DNA of 64,000 nt from Oculina patagonica. Its lineage: Eukaryota. The position numbers and the translations under genes are program-made. Where the stretch lies: assembly GCF_052425735.1 (NCBI RefSeq), contig NC_135761.1:7998001-8062000 (forward strand). Direction: 5' to 3'. Below the pieces are notes generated by a model. It made no database searches, was not told where the DNA came from, and saw only the letters and a program-made list of their open reading frames with translations. This document shows positions 1 through 11,024 of this stretch, piece by piece (positions within the stretch are counted from its first letter, which is position 1; each line of letters starts with the position of its first letter).

Positions 1-955
1 TAAAAATATACTGATGCGCGCTAACACTGAATTGTAAGTCGAAGCGAGAGACAAAATGGACCAAAGTGGCTGCGGTCGTTTTGCTCCATATTTGTGGGTC
101 GCGCTCTTCTATTGTACTCGTGTACTCGGCTTAGACAATCAAGGATCGCCTGTTATAGCGGTTTTTTTTTTTAGGGAAAAAAAAAAAAAAATTTTTTTGA
201 AATAGGGAAGGAAAAAAACAAAGTATCACGATGTGAAGTGCTAGGATGCCTAGGTATTAGAAAAGAGTTGTACCCAAATAGTTGTAAAATCGCAGCGCAT
301 TTTTTTAATTCGAAATCGTATAAAAATGGAGTTTTATATATGAGTGGTGTTGGAACAAGAAAAACTGAAACCAGATGTAACTTTAAATTGCCTAATTTTT
401 TCAAAAACTATACGACAATTAAACCCGCCACATCAGAATAAGCAACACATCATGGCGCAATTTACTCAAAACTATTTTCAGTCAGTACTACGGTGAAATT
501 AAGGTTTATTCGAACTGTATGGCTAAAGAATCAATCAAACATTGCAGTCTTAAAACGTTTAGCAACACCATTCAAGGGATGAGACTTTTCGTTGACAGGG
601 CATCTCACATGCTGCCTCGTTGATTTTAAGTGCGCGCTCTCATATGTGCGTCATAGAGTTGCACGTGATCAGATGAAGAAGAATAAGACTCTGTGACGTT
701 AAAAAGGTGGAACAAGTAGCTTATTGTTGTCATGTTTTCCGACTTATTCTGCAAATAGTCGTTTCCGAGTCCACAAATTACTTTTAATTCTAGCCTGCGT
801 ACAGCTGTTCCTCACTGAATACAAACATGCTTATTAAAATTAATGAAGCCTAGGTCAGTTGTTCTGGCCGCAGATCGGTGAAATTCTGTTTCACGTTTTC
901 CCGCCACCAGAAAGCGCGCGCAGACGAAATTGGATCTGGGCGGTTGAACGCAAAT

Positions 956-1977
956 TTAAAGGGAAAAAATAGTCGACTTCTTCGAGACTTCTGTTCGTAC
1001 CGGTTGAAAAGAAACTGTGCTTGTGCATTTCTTACACCGTATCACACTTTCCTCAAAGCTGGTGGAGTGTCGATAAGTGCACGTTAATTCGATCCTTTGG
1101 GCTTCCGCCCTGGAAAGATGGACCATGTGAAATAGTCTCACGCTAATTGGGTAACTATTGTTATTTCGGCCTGATTTGTTTTATGCGTAGAAATTAATCT
1201 GTCCAAGTCACACAAACACGAAGAAATTCCTAAAAATTGAGGGCGTTACAACCAAAAGGCAAAAACAAGAAAAACAGCAAGGAAAAACAAAACACTGCAG
1301 CTGCTCAACACTACTTCAAAAAATATCCTATGCATGACAGAATACAGGGCTTATTTATTCATGCAATACTGATATAGGGACCAGTTACAACCCTGCATGG
1401 GTCGCGTTGACCTCCAGAGTATATCCCAAGCACTTATCGCCAATCATTGTCTCCTTACTCACGGTGAGACGCAAGCAATAAAACCGAGTCAAGAGAAATG
1501 GAGCAGCGAAAAGACTTAGTAGAGGTGCCAGCATCCAGCTATCCTCCATTGCAGGCGATTTTTTGTTTTTTGTTTTTCTTTGGGTCATCACATGCATAAC
1601 GCGCCCAGAATATGGCGCCGCTTTTAGGCAATTTGTACCTAACTTGCGATCAGGCGTTTTGACGCTTAGTAGTAGGGAGGGAGGGCATGATTTCAGATTA
1701 ATTTGTACCTTGCGTGGTGAGTGCAGAAACGGAAGAGAAGAGTGAATTAAATAAATGTCTCCTGCGGAAGTGGCTTGTTATTTGTTTGGAAATGTTTATA
1801 CATAAACAAATACCAAATACTTGTCTTACCGTCACGCTCTAGCTCCATGTTAGCTTGAAGAATCTGATTAAACGCAGCCTTGTCATTGGGATTAGGAATG
1901 CTGGGTAATCCAGAGGTGATCACCCAAGGACTGGGTACAAAGCACAAGAACAGGGCGACCAACAGTCGGAAAGGCAT
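956..1977 (-). CDS. Putative small secreted protein (~120 aa), 2 coding exons (1977-1830, 1171-956)
   Basis: ATG is preceded by acceptor ttttcag|ga. Signal-peptide-like start MPFRLLVALFLCFVPSPWVITS. Phase-1 donor GAC G|gtaag joins in frame to acceptor aatcag|gc, giving ...ERDGRNNNSYPISVRLFHMV...CTY...CKKC...FSL*. No family recognised. Confidence 0.45.
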
Positions 1978-2185
1978 TCCTGAAAATAATGTATGGGTAC
2001 AATCACAATCAACTCCGCTACTGGAACTTACTTTATATAACTTATAGATGAGCGGAGCGCGTTCGAGTCAATTTTGTGCGCCTTAAATCCGGGCGCTTTA
2101 CGCGATAGATAACCTACACAATTCGCTTGGCATGTGTCAAAATCACACATGATGGAATAGCGCAATAGCCGCCGAGACTGAAAAA

Positions 2186-2388
2186 AATTCGATAGATTTA
2201 CAGTGTGGCACGCTTGCCGCCGAACTAAGCATCTCAGTAGATTTCTTTTTGTGGCACAATTGCCGCCGAGTTAAACAATTCGGTAGATATCTTTTGTGGC
2301 ACACTTGCCGCATATATAAACAGTCCGGTAGATTTGTTTTGAGGCAAACTTTCCGCAAATAACTCGATAGATTTATTTTGTGACCACA
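2186..2388. repeat. Degenerate ~45-bp tandem repeat, ~5 copies
   Basis: Recurring gtagatttcttttgtggcacacttgccgc motif at ~45-50 bp spacing. Confidence 0.7.
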
Positions 2389-2401
2389 GGCCGTAACGCG
2401 T

Positions 2402-2516
2402 TGTGAGCAAGCTCTCTATTCGGTAAATGTCTTTCTTCGAGAGCGCCGAAGGCGCGAGCGCGCCTTCGGCGCCCGAAGAAAGAGTTCGTGCCCCCGAATA
2501 GAGAGTCTGCTCGCAA
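2402..2516. mobile_element. Short palindromic MITE-like element
   Basis: Inverted ends gagcaagctctctattcgg...ccgaatagagagtctgctc with an internal hairpin gcgccgaaggcgcg/cgcgccttcggcgc. Confidence 0.55.
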
Positions 2517-2617
2517 TGGCTAGATCAGAACGCGCTTTCTTTGACGTGATTCACCGTCAAAAAAGCGATAATTTCCCGTTTAATGTATTCACTTAGACGT
2601 CGCACACACCTCCCTAA

Positions 2618-2953
2618 TGGTAGATTTCCACTGACGCGTAAATTTTTACGTGCGTGAAAAAATTAGAGACAATGTATGAATGGCCTGTGTAAACGTGTAC
2701 CCAAGCCGTTCATACATTGTTTATATTTTTACGCACGTAAAAAATTACGCGTCAGTGGAAATCCACCATAAAGGTGGATTTCCACTGACGCGTAATTTTT
2801 ACGTGCGTAAAAAATTAGAGAAAATGTATGAACGACTGCGTAAATGTTTACGCCGTCCTTTCCTTTTACGCACGTAAATTACGCGTCAGTGGAAATCCAC
2901 CATAGGTGGATTCCACGACGCGTAATTTTTACGGCGTGAAAAAATTAGAGACA
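2618..2953. mobile_element. Tandem cluster of palindromic MITEs (2 full copies + 1 partial)
   Basis: TIR ggtggatttccactgacgcgtaa...ttacgcgtcagtggaaatccacc repeated head-to-tail; same family as 4272-4427. Confidence 0.8.
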
Positions 2954-3002
2954 ACGACTAAACATAACGACTAAATGGAAAGGACAGTTAGTAAAATTTA
3001 AT

Positions 3003-3317
3003 TTACCAACAGTAGGGTAAACCATACAAATCGAAGCTCCAGTGAAGGTCCACGTTGATATGTGCGATGTCGTGTCCCGGGTGTCGTGTGCGGTGAGTCA
3101 AGGTGTGTACGCGCATTAAATCAAGGTCGATAACCTGAAAGCGAGGCATTTTTGCTAACTCCAAAATCTCCCCTTGTACAGGCAGGACAACCAGTATGTG
3201 CCGAGGACACCACACGAAAAAAGGGATTCGTTTTCTTTCGTCGAACGCAACAACGAACGGCGCCGTTGCTACTCGAAGAAGTGTATACGTAGCTTCTATG
3301 AAGATCTGGTCTTCCAT
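3003..3317 (-). CDS. Possible orphan protein, ~104 aa (MEDQIFIEATY...LYGLPYCW)
   Basis: Clean ORF starts just after an acceptor-like catag|gcgatATG. A candidate non-coding first exon lies at ~5585-5423 (TATA-like tttataaag, TCAGT Inr, aag|gtaagt). No recognisable domain. Confidence 0.3.
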   Translation of the reverse strand: MEDQIFIEATYTLLRVATAPFVVAFDERKRIPFFVWCPRHILVVLPVQGEILELAKMPRFQVIDLDLMRVHTLTHRTRHPGHDIAHINVDLHWSFDLYGLPYCW

Positions 3318-4271
3318 ATCGCCTATGATCAAATATTATTTATACACCCTACCGAATATCTTGCGCTATGAGCAACAATAAATTTAATTCCCCTACAATT
3401 TTTGTCTTTTCTTTTTCCTTGATCGTCAGTCAATAAACTTAATTACGATTTAGCGAGTAAATTGTGCTAAGAAAACTCTGTTTGAAGAACGAAAATTTAA
3501 ATTATAACTGAATAAAATACAATTAGTACGTATACATAAAGGTTTCCATACCTGTTCTGTAAAAGGCGGCTCGCACTTATCTTTGTATTTTCTTCTGCTA
3601 AAAGATAACAAAGATAAAACTAAACGTTGTATTTTAACATAAAGAACCTTGCGGGAAAATATCCACATTTATTGCTTCGCTAAAGATAATTCTTTTTTCC
3701 AAAATTGGTAACAAGGGAAGAAGAAATTAAGCCGGGAAAAGTGATGACCTTGAATGACTGCAAAACATTGTTTCCGTTTGCCTTAGTTTTGTGACATGAG
3801 TGGGAAACGTACGCCCTGCGATGCGTCACTCTCAAATCTTCATTCTGCCGACATTTTATTTCTGAACAAATTTTGCCACGAGTTTGAATCAGACAAAATC
3901 CAGTTTAAATTGTTCCTCACAGAAATTTTCCAGGTGAAATCAAAGCAAATGTGACATCTGTAACAATCTCAATTTGTCAAGGTTTCCATAGAGTTTTGGG
4001 GGACGTGGGAGGGGTGGGAGGGCGGGTGCCGATTTCAACTTTTACGTCACGTTTTGTGCGTCGCAGCCGAAATGGAGCGCCCCCGTAAAGTCCAGACTTG
4101 ATATTTTGATTGCGACACAGACGAAACGACGGAAGCGCTTGCTGAATAGAAGAGTAAAGGGAATAAAATTCATTTTTAAAGATGATTGCGCGTTATGTAT
4201 TAACGACAACAACCTGACCAGCCCGTTCACTGCTAAATTCTGGGTCGTCATTTTCAAGTTGTCGGAACTTA

Positions 4272-4427
4272 TGGTGGATTTCCACTGACGCGTAATTTTT
4301 TAGGTGCGTAAAAAAATTAGAGACAATGTATGAACGGCTTGCATACACGTTTACGCAGGCCGTTCATACATTGTCTCTAATTTTTTTCACGCACGTAAAA
4401 ATTTACGCGTCAGTGGAAATCCACCAT
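4272..4427. mobile_element. Palindromic MITE
   Basis: tggtggatttccactgacgcgt...acgcgtcagtggaaatccacca, near-perfect hairpin flanked by TA. Confidence 0.8.
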
Positions 4428-7384
4428 AAGGGTAGCGTCCAAGCTTCTGAAGCTTGCATGGTACTCAATGTTTTGTCCCCGAGTTTGTCCGTACTGCACG
4501 TAAAATACCCGCTTAGACTGCAGGCAGCCCTTCTTTCGTTAGTTCGAGCACTGCATCGCCCGATTATCGATCACTCTCGCGCAAACGCTGAGAGTTAAGT
4601 ATTGGCAGTATCTCAGGCATTGATTCTTGACTTTTTTGGAAGCGGATCGTTCACAGCGCAAATTAACAGAAATTACACAGACAGGCTAAAAGAGATATAA
4701 TTACCTTAATTGCATATATGCACTCGAAATTTTTAAGAGTGGTCAAAATCTCATATTTTGAGTATAACATGGAAGGACTGTCGAAAGGCTTTCAAACAGG
4801 GCACAAATCACACCTAGATGTGATTATTTTTTCAGAGCTTTCATCACCACTGCATGATCGCTTCTTTAGATTCCAATACATTTTTTTATTGGTGATTGTG
4901 TATGTGCTTAGCATTTTATAGGTCGTGTTTTCATTGTGCACTAAATCTGTTATTTCAGGCGCACTGATTTCCCGGGAAGTATTAAACCGGCCTGATATCC
5001 AATATCAGTGCCACATTATGCTCTCTTCGCAGCGTGGTGCGGCGCTCGGCTTGCGTCAAAATGATAACATGACAAATCAAATATCTTCTGGGTTCATGAC
5101 CCAGAACGAAACACCATTCCCTGCAAAATGGAATTGACAAATGTTTTTTCCTTGTGTTTCCAAATCGGCTGTATTTTGATTATTTCTCCTTCGGCCTTTG
5201 AAGTCTGAAGCTCAAAATTGTAAAGAACCTATTGCGAAGTGCCCAATGCCGCGAGCGAGAATCAGCCACGCATGAATTGAGTACTCTTATAGAGGAATTT
5301 CCTATGAGGATTATTCTAAAAGTCGTTAATAATACTTGCATGTTAGCTAGTCAAGTCGAAGCTAGTCTAAACTCCGGGTCTAAAACGCTCCTCTCCGTAC
5401 AAAGCTACTCTAAGTCACTTACCTTGATTTCCTGGAAAGTTACGTCGCTCGGTTCCAAAGGTGCAAAAAATTTCTCACAACAGCTTCTTGCGTTTCGTAC
5501 ACAAGTTTAAGCGTAGGATTTGCTCAGCAGTTAAGTTTCTCTCCGCATAAAGGAGGAGGGCTTTGCGCAAGACCCCAACTGAAGAGGATACGCGCTTTAT
5601 AAAAAGATCATTTTGCGGCGATCGTGACAGACAGTGGGGGTATATGAACGTCATGAAATATGATGACACCAAATGATACCTTACATGACATCACCTATTA
5701 CCGATTCGGGTGCAATCTGCCTGTGAGCTAACGCACGTAGGCAGGCTAGCGCATACTGTATTGAACTCAATTGTTAAACAGTTATACACAGCGAAAAATA
5801 ATTATACCGTAAAACTCCGAAAATATGCGCTCGACTTACGTCCCTTTCAGGCGGGTTCATATTTTCAGGGAGAGTTTAAAAACGGGGAGTGAGGGGTGGG
5901 GGGGGGGATTATTTGGATGGAACTGTTTGCGTTTCAAAATTAAAATCAGGTGCGCTTATTTTCGGGGAAGCTATATATAAGGGGTCTTATTCCGGGCTGA
6001 TTTTCGGACGAATATTTGCGTTTAAAAAATGTTTGGGTTCAGACGGTTCAGTTTGGACGGGATAGACCCGGTTACTGTGACTCAAGTTTATTGGTGCATA
6101 CAAGAATACCACAAAGTAAAACTCTCTAAACATAAAGATATGAACCCCCCCCCCCCCCAAAAAAAAAGTCCTATTCAGTAGTTTACAGTACAGTCACTCT
6201 GAGTTTTCATCTAACAACGTTAAATTCAAACAATAGGGGGCTTATAATCGGAATAGTTATACATTCCTGTAAGAGCTAAAGTATAACTAAATACTCATGG
6301 GCTAATATTCGGTAGCCTGTGTACAGCCGTCCAGCTCCCTCAAAAAAATCGGGGAGCGGGACGGCTGTACACAGGCAGTCATGGGCTCCTGACACAGGCT
6401 AATATTCGGGAGGGTGTATTTTTTCGGGAATATGAGCCTGCGGTCATCCCAATGACCGGACCCGAGAAGGCGGCGGAAATCGAGCCAATATTTTAGGACA
6501 GAGACTCAGAGACAAGAGGAAATTAAACGGGTTTTAAAAATTGCGACAACCTCGTTCCCAGGGCTTTCCCTTGGTAATTTGGAACGGGCAAATTAACAAG
6601 GGAAAAGCCCTGAGAACGAGGTTGAAACTGCGAAGCAAGCATGGGAGCCGATAGACTGCAAATCAGTCGTATCTTTTGCGAACGCGCTCGGTCTTCGAAC
6701 GAGAGTGAGAGGTCTGGAGCCAATGTCATACTGTGAGTGAGACTGGGGAGAGACGCTAAGTTAGACGCTAAGTTAGAACGACTGTTGAGCAGTCCCCCCC
6801 CCCCCCCCCCCCCCCCGCGGTCAAACGACAGAAATATGCAAAAAATAATAAAAGTACTGCAAAGATAAGGTTTTAATTTTCACAGTTCAAAGTTCGATAC
6901 ATAACCGGTATCCTAAGGGTTTACTAAGTTTTTTGGAGCTTTACTAAAAAAGTTCTACGTGTTTGAAAATAGCGATATGCGGACTTGTCGGCGCCATTTG
7001 TCAAAGCACCTTTGGTTCGGATGCGAAACCGTTAAAAAGTAAAACACTGGTTTACCTGAGGGAATGGGATTATGATTTCATTCGGCAACTATTTTTATCT
7101 ATCCTTGCTCGTAATAACACTTCAATTTGAACAAAAAACGGCGAAATGGAAAGAAAACCTGCCTGAGACGTTTGACCGCGGCGAAGTTTAGCAGTCTAGG
7201 GAGCCGAGGGTAAACTGGCCGTAGGCTAAGCCGGATCCGGAACTTTTGACAGCTGGCCGCCAGTTAAATAAAGCAAAATAAGGAGTACTCGCAGGGCGAA
7301 TTTTTACATCTTTAATAATCTATTCGCATTTTGAACCAAGGGAGCCAAGTGGACCACTCGTAGTGTAGAAATTAATATTAATCA

Positions 7385-8783
7385 GGCCCTGATAGGGTAG
7401 GTATGAATGTCTCCCGTCTCTCTGAATTTCAAAGCTTGTTATGTCGCTACTAAGAATGGTTTGCATGTCGCTGTCGGAATTCCGTCATTTCGTCTTAAGA
7501 CGGACGTGGGTAACTAATACACAAGGCAGGAGTTTCTCAGGTATTTTAATTCCTCAACCAAAAAAAATAAAAACGACGTGACTAACTTAGGTACACAGAG
7601 CAGGAGTTTTCTCGGGCACTTTATTTTGCGGTTAAGACGCGTTTTTTTTTTAAGAAAACGACGTGACTCTGAACCCAGTACACAGAACAGAAGTTTCCCG
7701 TGCATTTTGAAAGATCCGTTAAAATTAATTTAATCTTTTGACAGATTAAAAAACGACATGACTAGCTTGAGTACACAAGAGCAGGAGTTTCTTGGGCATT
7801 TCATCAAGGAATTTTTATAACTGTTTTTATTCTTCACCGATGAAACTTTCTCGACTAACAAAATTAGTTCTCAGCTGATCCGAAATGAAATTTCGAAAAC
7901 TAAAACTATTTCTCCATCAACTTCTGGATCTTCTCGGACGGGTCATTATTTTTGGACTGACAAAGTGAATATATAAAAGACTATAAATCAATGCGATAAA
8001 ATAGAAAATGTTAAAACCATCTTGGTTTAAAATGTTTTAAACCTATTTTATCGCAACGTTTTATAGTCAAATTGTTCAACAAATCTCTTCTTCTACATAT
8101 ATGTGATTTTTTTTCAACGCTAAAGGGTCGTTTTGCATCTCGCTCGGCTGGACATCCGGGCTTTTTTGTCTTATTTGCTAACACTTTGTTAGTTGGTTGC
8201 CAGATAAGAGCAGCAATATTCCCGCTCTGGGTTTTTATGACGTCTTGATCAGCCACAGCCATAACGAATAAGGATCTACCAGATTGTACCCTTTGTAGAG
8301 AAATACTAGTCACACTAGTGGGTAGGACAAGCAACGAATCAACGAACGTTTTTGTTGATTGCCGTATTTAACCACTTTTCGACTTGATAGCTTTCTGCCT
8401 GAAAGCTGCGGGACCTAAAAACAAGCCCTTTATGCTGACGAACCAGGGATTTGTGACAACATCAGTTCGCCGTCGAACGTTTAAGAATCCAAGAGATTTG
8501 CCGTAGTTGTCTTATTTAACTTTTTCCTTGGCTGTCGCTATTTTCAGTAAGGCCTTCTTTTCGTTCCTCGCTGCTTGAACGCGACACAAGCGTGTCGCTT
8601 GTCGGAATTTACTCTAGCCTGTTCCAGGCGTTCGGTTAGTTGGGGAGCGCGAAAAACGGCGAGCGAAAAAAAAAAAATGAGGGGGAGGGGGGGGGGGCGG
8701 GGTCCCCCCCATTTTTTCGCCGCCGCCCGCGCCGCCCCAACAACCGAACGCCTGGAACAGGCAGAATTTACCCTAGCAGGGCC
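7385..8783. mobile_element. Non-autonomous PIF/Harbinger-like element with a nested MITE (~8616-8762)
   Basis: TIR ggccctg...cagggcc with 3-bp TSD tca/tca. Nested palindrome gcctgttccaggcgttcggtt...aaccgaacgcctggaacaggc is flanked by gaatttac repeats. Confidence 0.65.
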
Positions 8784-9429
8784 TCATTAATTGATGGCCA
8801 TCCATGGCCGTATTTATCAAACTGACATGCACAGTTCAGTAGGGAAAAAAGCTAAAAAAAAAAATCGCTACCCTAGTATTGTTTGAGATCGCCAATCCGC
8901 CGGCTCACGGTTCCTTTAAAAAATCAAAAAAAAAAAAACGAAAAAATTTGTCTCTAATTACAGAACTTGCTAAATCTTTTAAAAACAACATAAATCATTG
9001 GGCGACAAACAAATAAGGTGCCAAATCGATCATATTATAAAAAAAGAAGAATTATGCCGGGCAGACGCCGTTGGGAGAGTACGTAAATTCGGTTATGCCC
9101 CCCTCCCGGTTTTTGGCCCTTCTGGAAAAAAATTCCCCCCCCCCCCCTTTTTTTTCCCCCCCCCATAGTTGGAGAGAATTTTTATTTCGTTCGTTCTCAG
9201 TTTTACTGAGGTTTGCATAAGTAGCCAAGATAAACATAGGTGAAAAGCTGGAAAATAAATGAGCTTCCTGAGCTAGATACCACTCTTTTGTTTACAAAAC
9301 CACAGCTGTTCAGCTAGAACGTTTGGAGATCAGACTGAATTTCCTACATGGTGATAATGATAGCTAAAATAACGATTTTCAGTTTAGAGCGTTTCACTTG
9401 AGTCGAAGTTTGCGTGGTGCATACTACGC

Positions 9430-9710
9430 AGTGATTGGCTAAAAATCCGCCCACGACACCATACTCGCGCCGCCCGCGCCGCCAGGTGCCGGATTGTCCT
9501 GCCTGTGAGGCCAGAGATTGACGACACAGAAAACTAGATATACAAAAATACGCCAAAACACAAAAAACAAATACAAAAATACGCTAAATTTATAAAGACA
9601 AATGGACTTCTTGGACTAATTCCCACTGGTTTTATTCGTGCTCAGCTGACAGCTAGCTACAGCTGGCTGGAACATAATTGTGATCATTGCAGAAGATAGC
9701 TGTAAATAGG
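9430..9710 (+). promoter_or_regulatory. Candidate TEP promoter and non-coding first exon
   Basis: Reverse CCAAT (attgg), GC boxes (ccgccc), TATA-like tttataaag at ~9589, donor-like ag|gtaaat at ~9709. The ATG exon has its own acceptor at 10990, which implies an upstream exon. Confidence 0.35.
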
Positions 9711-11024
9711 TAAATGAAGGAAATACGTACGGATTAATTTCCGCAGAAAAATGAAAGCAACAGCCAGCCTTTGTTTTCGTTTTGCGCGGTTAACGAGATT
9801 CACAAATGCCGGAAAGTAAAAAAAAAAAAATGGCTTGATTAATGGACCTGATTGTAACGGATGTCAATCTACGATAGGCCGGGTGTTATGAACCATTCAA
9901 GGTTTTTTTTTTACTTTCCCGTCACGAAGCTAGCCTGCGCTCAAAAACTACACAGGCTCCAGCTAACGCAGGCTAAACGTCACGAAGTTTTGTTTTGCAA
10001 GTCTGTTTTAACACAAGAAATCACCTCTATTTGAAAATGATCTAATCACAAGTAGGAACTAAATCAAGAGCAGCTAAATGTTCAGAAAAAAGTGCGTGCC
10101 GTGCTTGCCGGCAGATTTGGTGAAAAATAGATCGTGAACGGAACTAATAACCACTTGAAAAATTTTGTTAAGTGTCAGTAAAGTATAACAAAAACTATCA
10201 GTTGGTCTATGAAAGTGCTGCTTACACACCCACGTACACAACCAATAATATTTCATGGATGATAAATGAACGAATATGTGCTTATTTGGCACATTCTTTA
10301 AAGCCTTTGTATGTTAAATTGGAATACCTCGCAAAAATGAATTTACTACGGTATCTAACTCTCTTGCTACGCAGATGTTTTTGAAAGCGTTAAAGGCTTT
10401 TCATAGACTTCAAGCTGTCTTGTTGTTACATTACAAAGCATTTATATTACTGGTGCGAATTTTCTAACAAAAAGAAATTTTTAGTGCCCCTGCACAAAAA
10501 CAAACGTAATCCTATGTAATCCGGGTTTTTCCCTCTCCCCCGCGGAGACCTCTGTAGTGACGTCATAACTTGGCGCCATTTGCATAAAAATCGAACGCAG
10601 CAAGCGGATGAACTCATTGAACTGCATAACAAGTTGTGTGAAATTGTGATCCTGCAGTTAATTATAATTTGTGCAGCTGAATTTGAGGTTTCGACACATT
10701 CGTTTTGCCTACTTTCCAATGCACTGACCGAGAATTGGTGAGATTCAGTTTGATTTTACACATTGTCAGTTTATTCGTTCCCCTGGATTCGTTCACAGAT
10801 ATTTTTTCTCTGTTCGATCGATTCTTGACCATTTCTTCGCAGCGCAGCTGCTGATTTTTGTGTCATGCATGCATGCAGGATTAAAATCGAACTCTCTTAT
10901 ACGAGACAGCTCATTTCGGTGTGAAATATTAATTTGCAAGTGGTAGACTATTATAATTCTCATTTTAAACGTTTTTTTCTTTCCACATAGGTCTAAATCG
11001 TCGCCGAGATACGAAGCTGCAACA

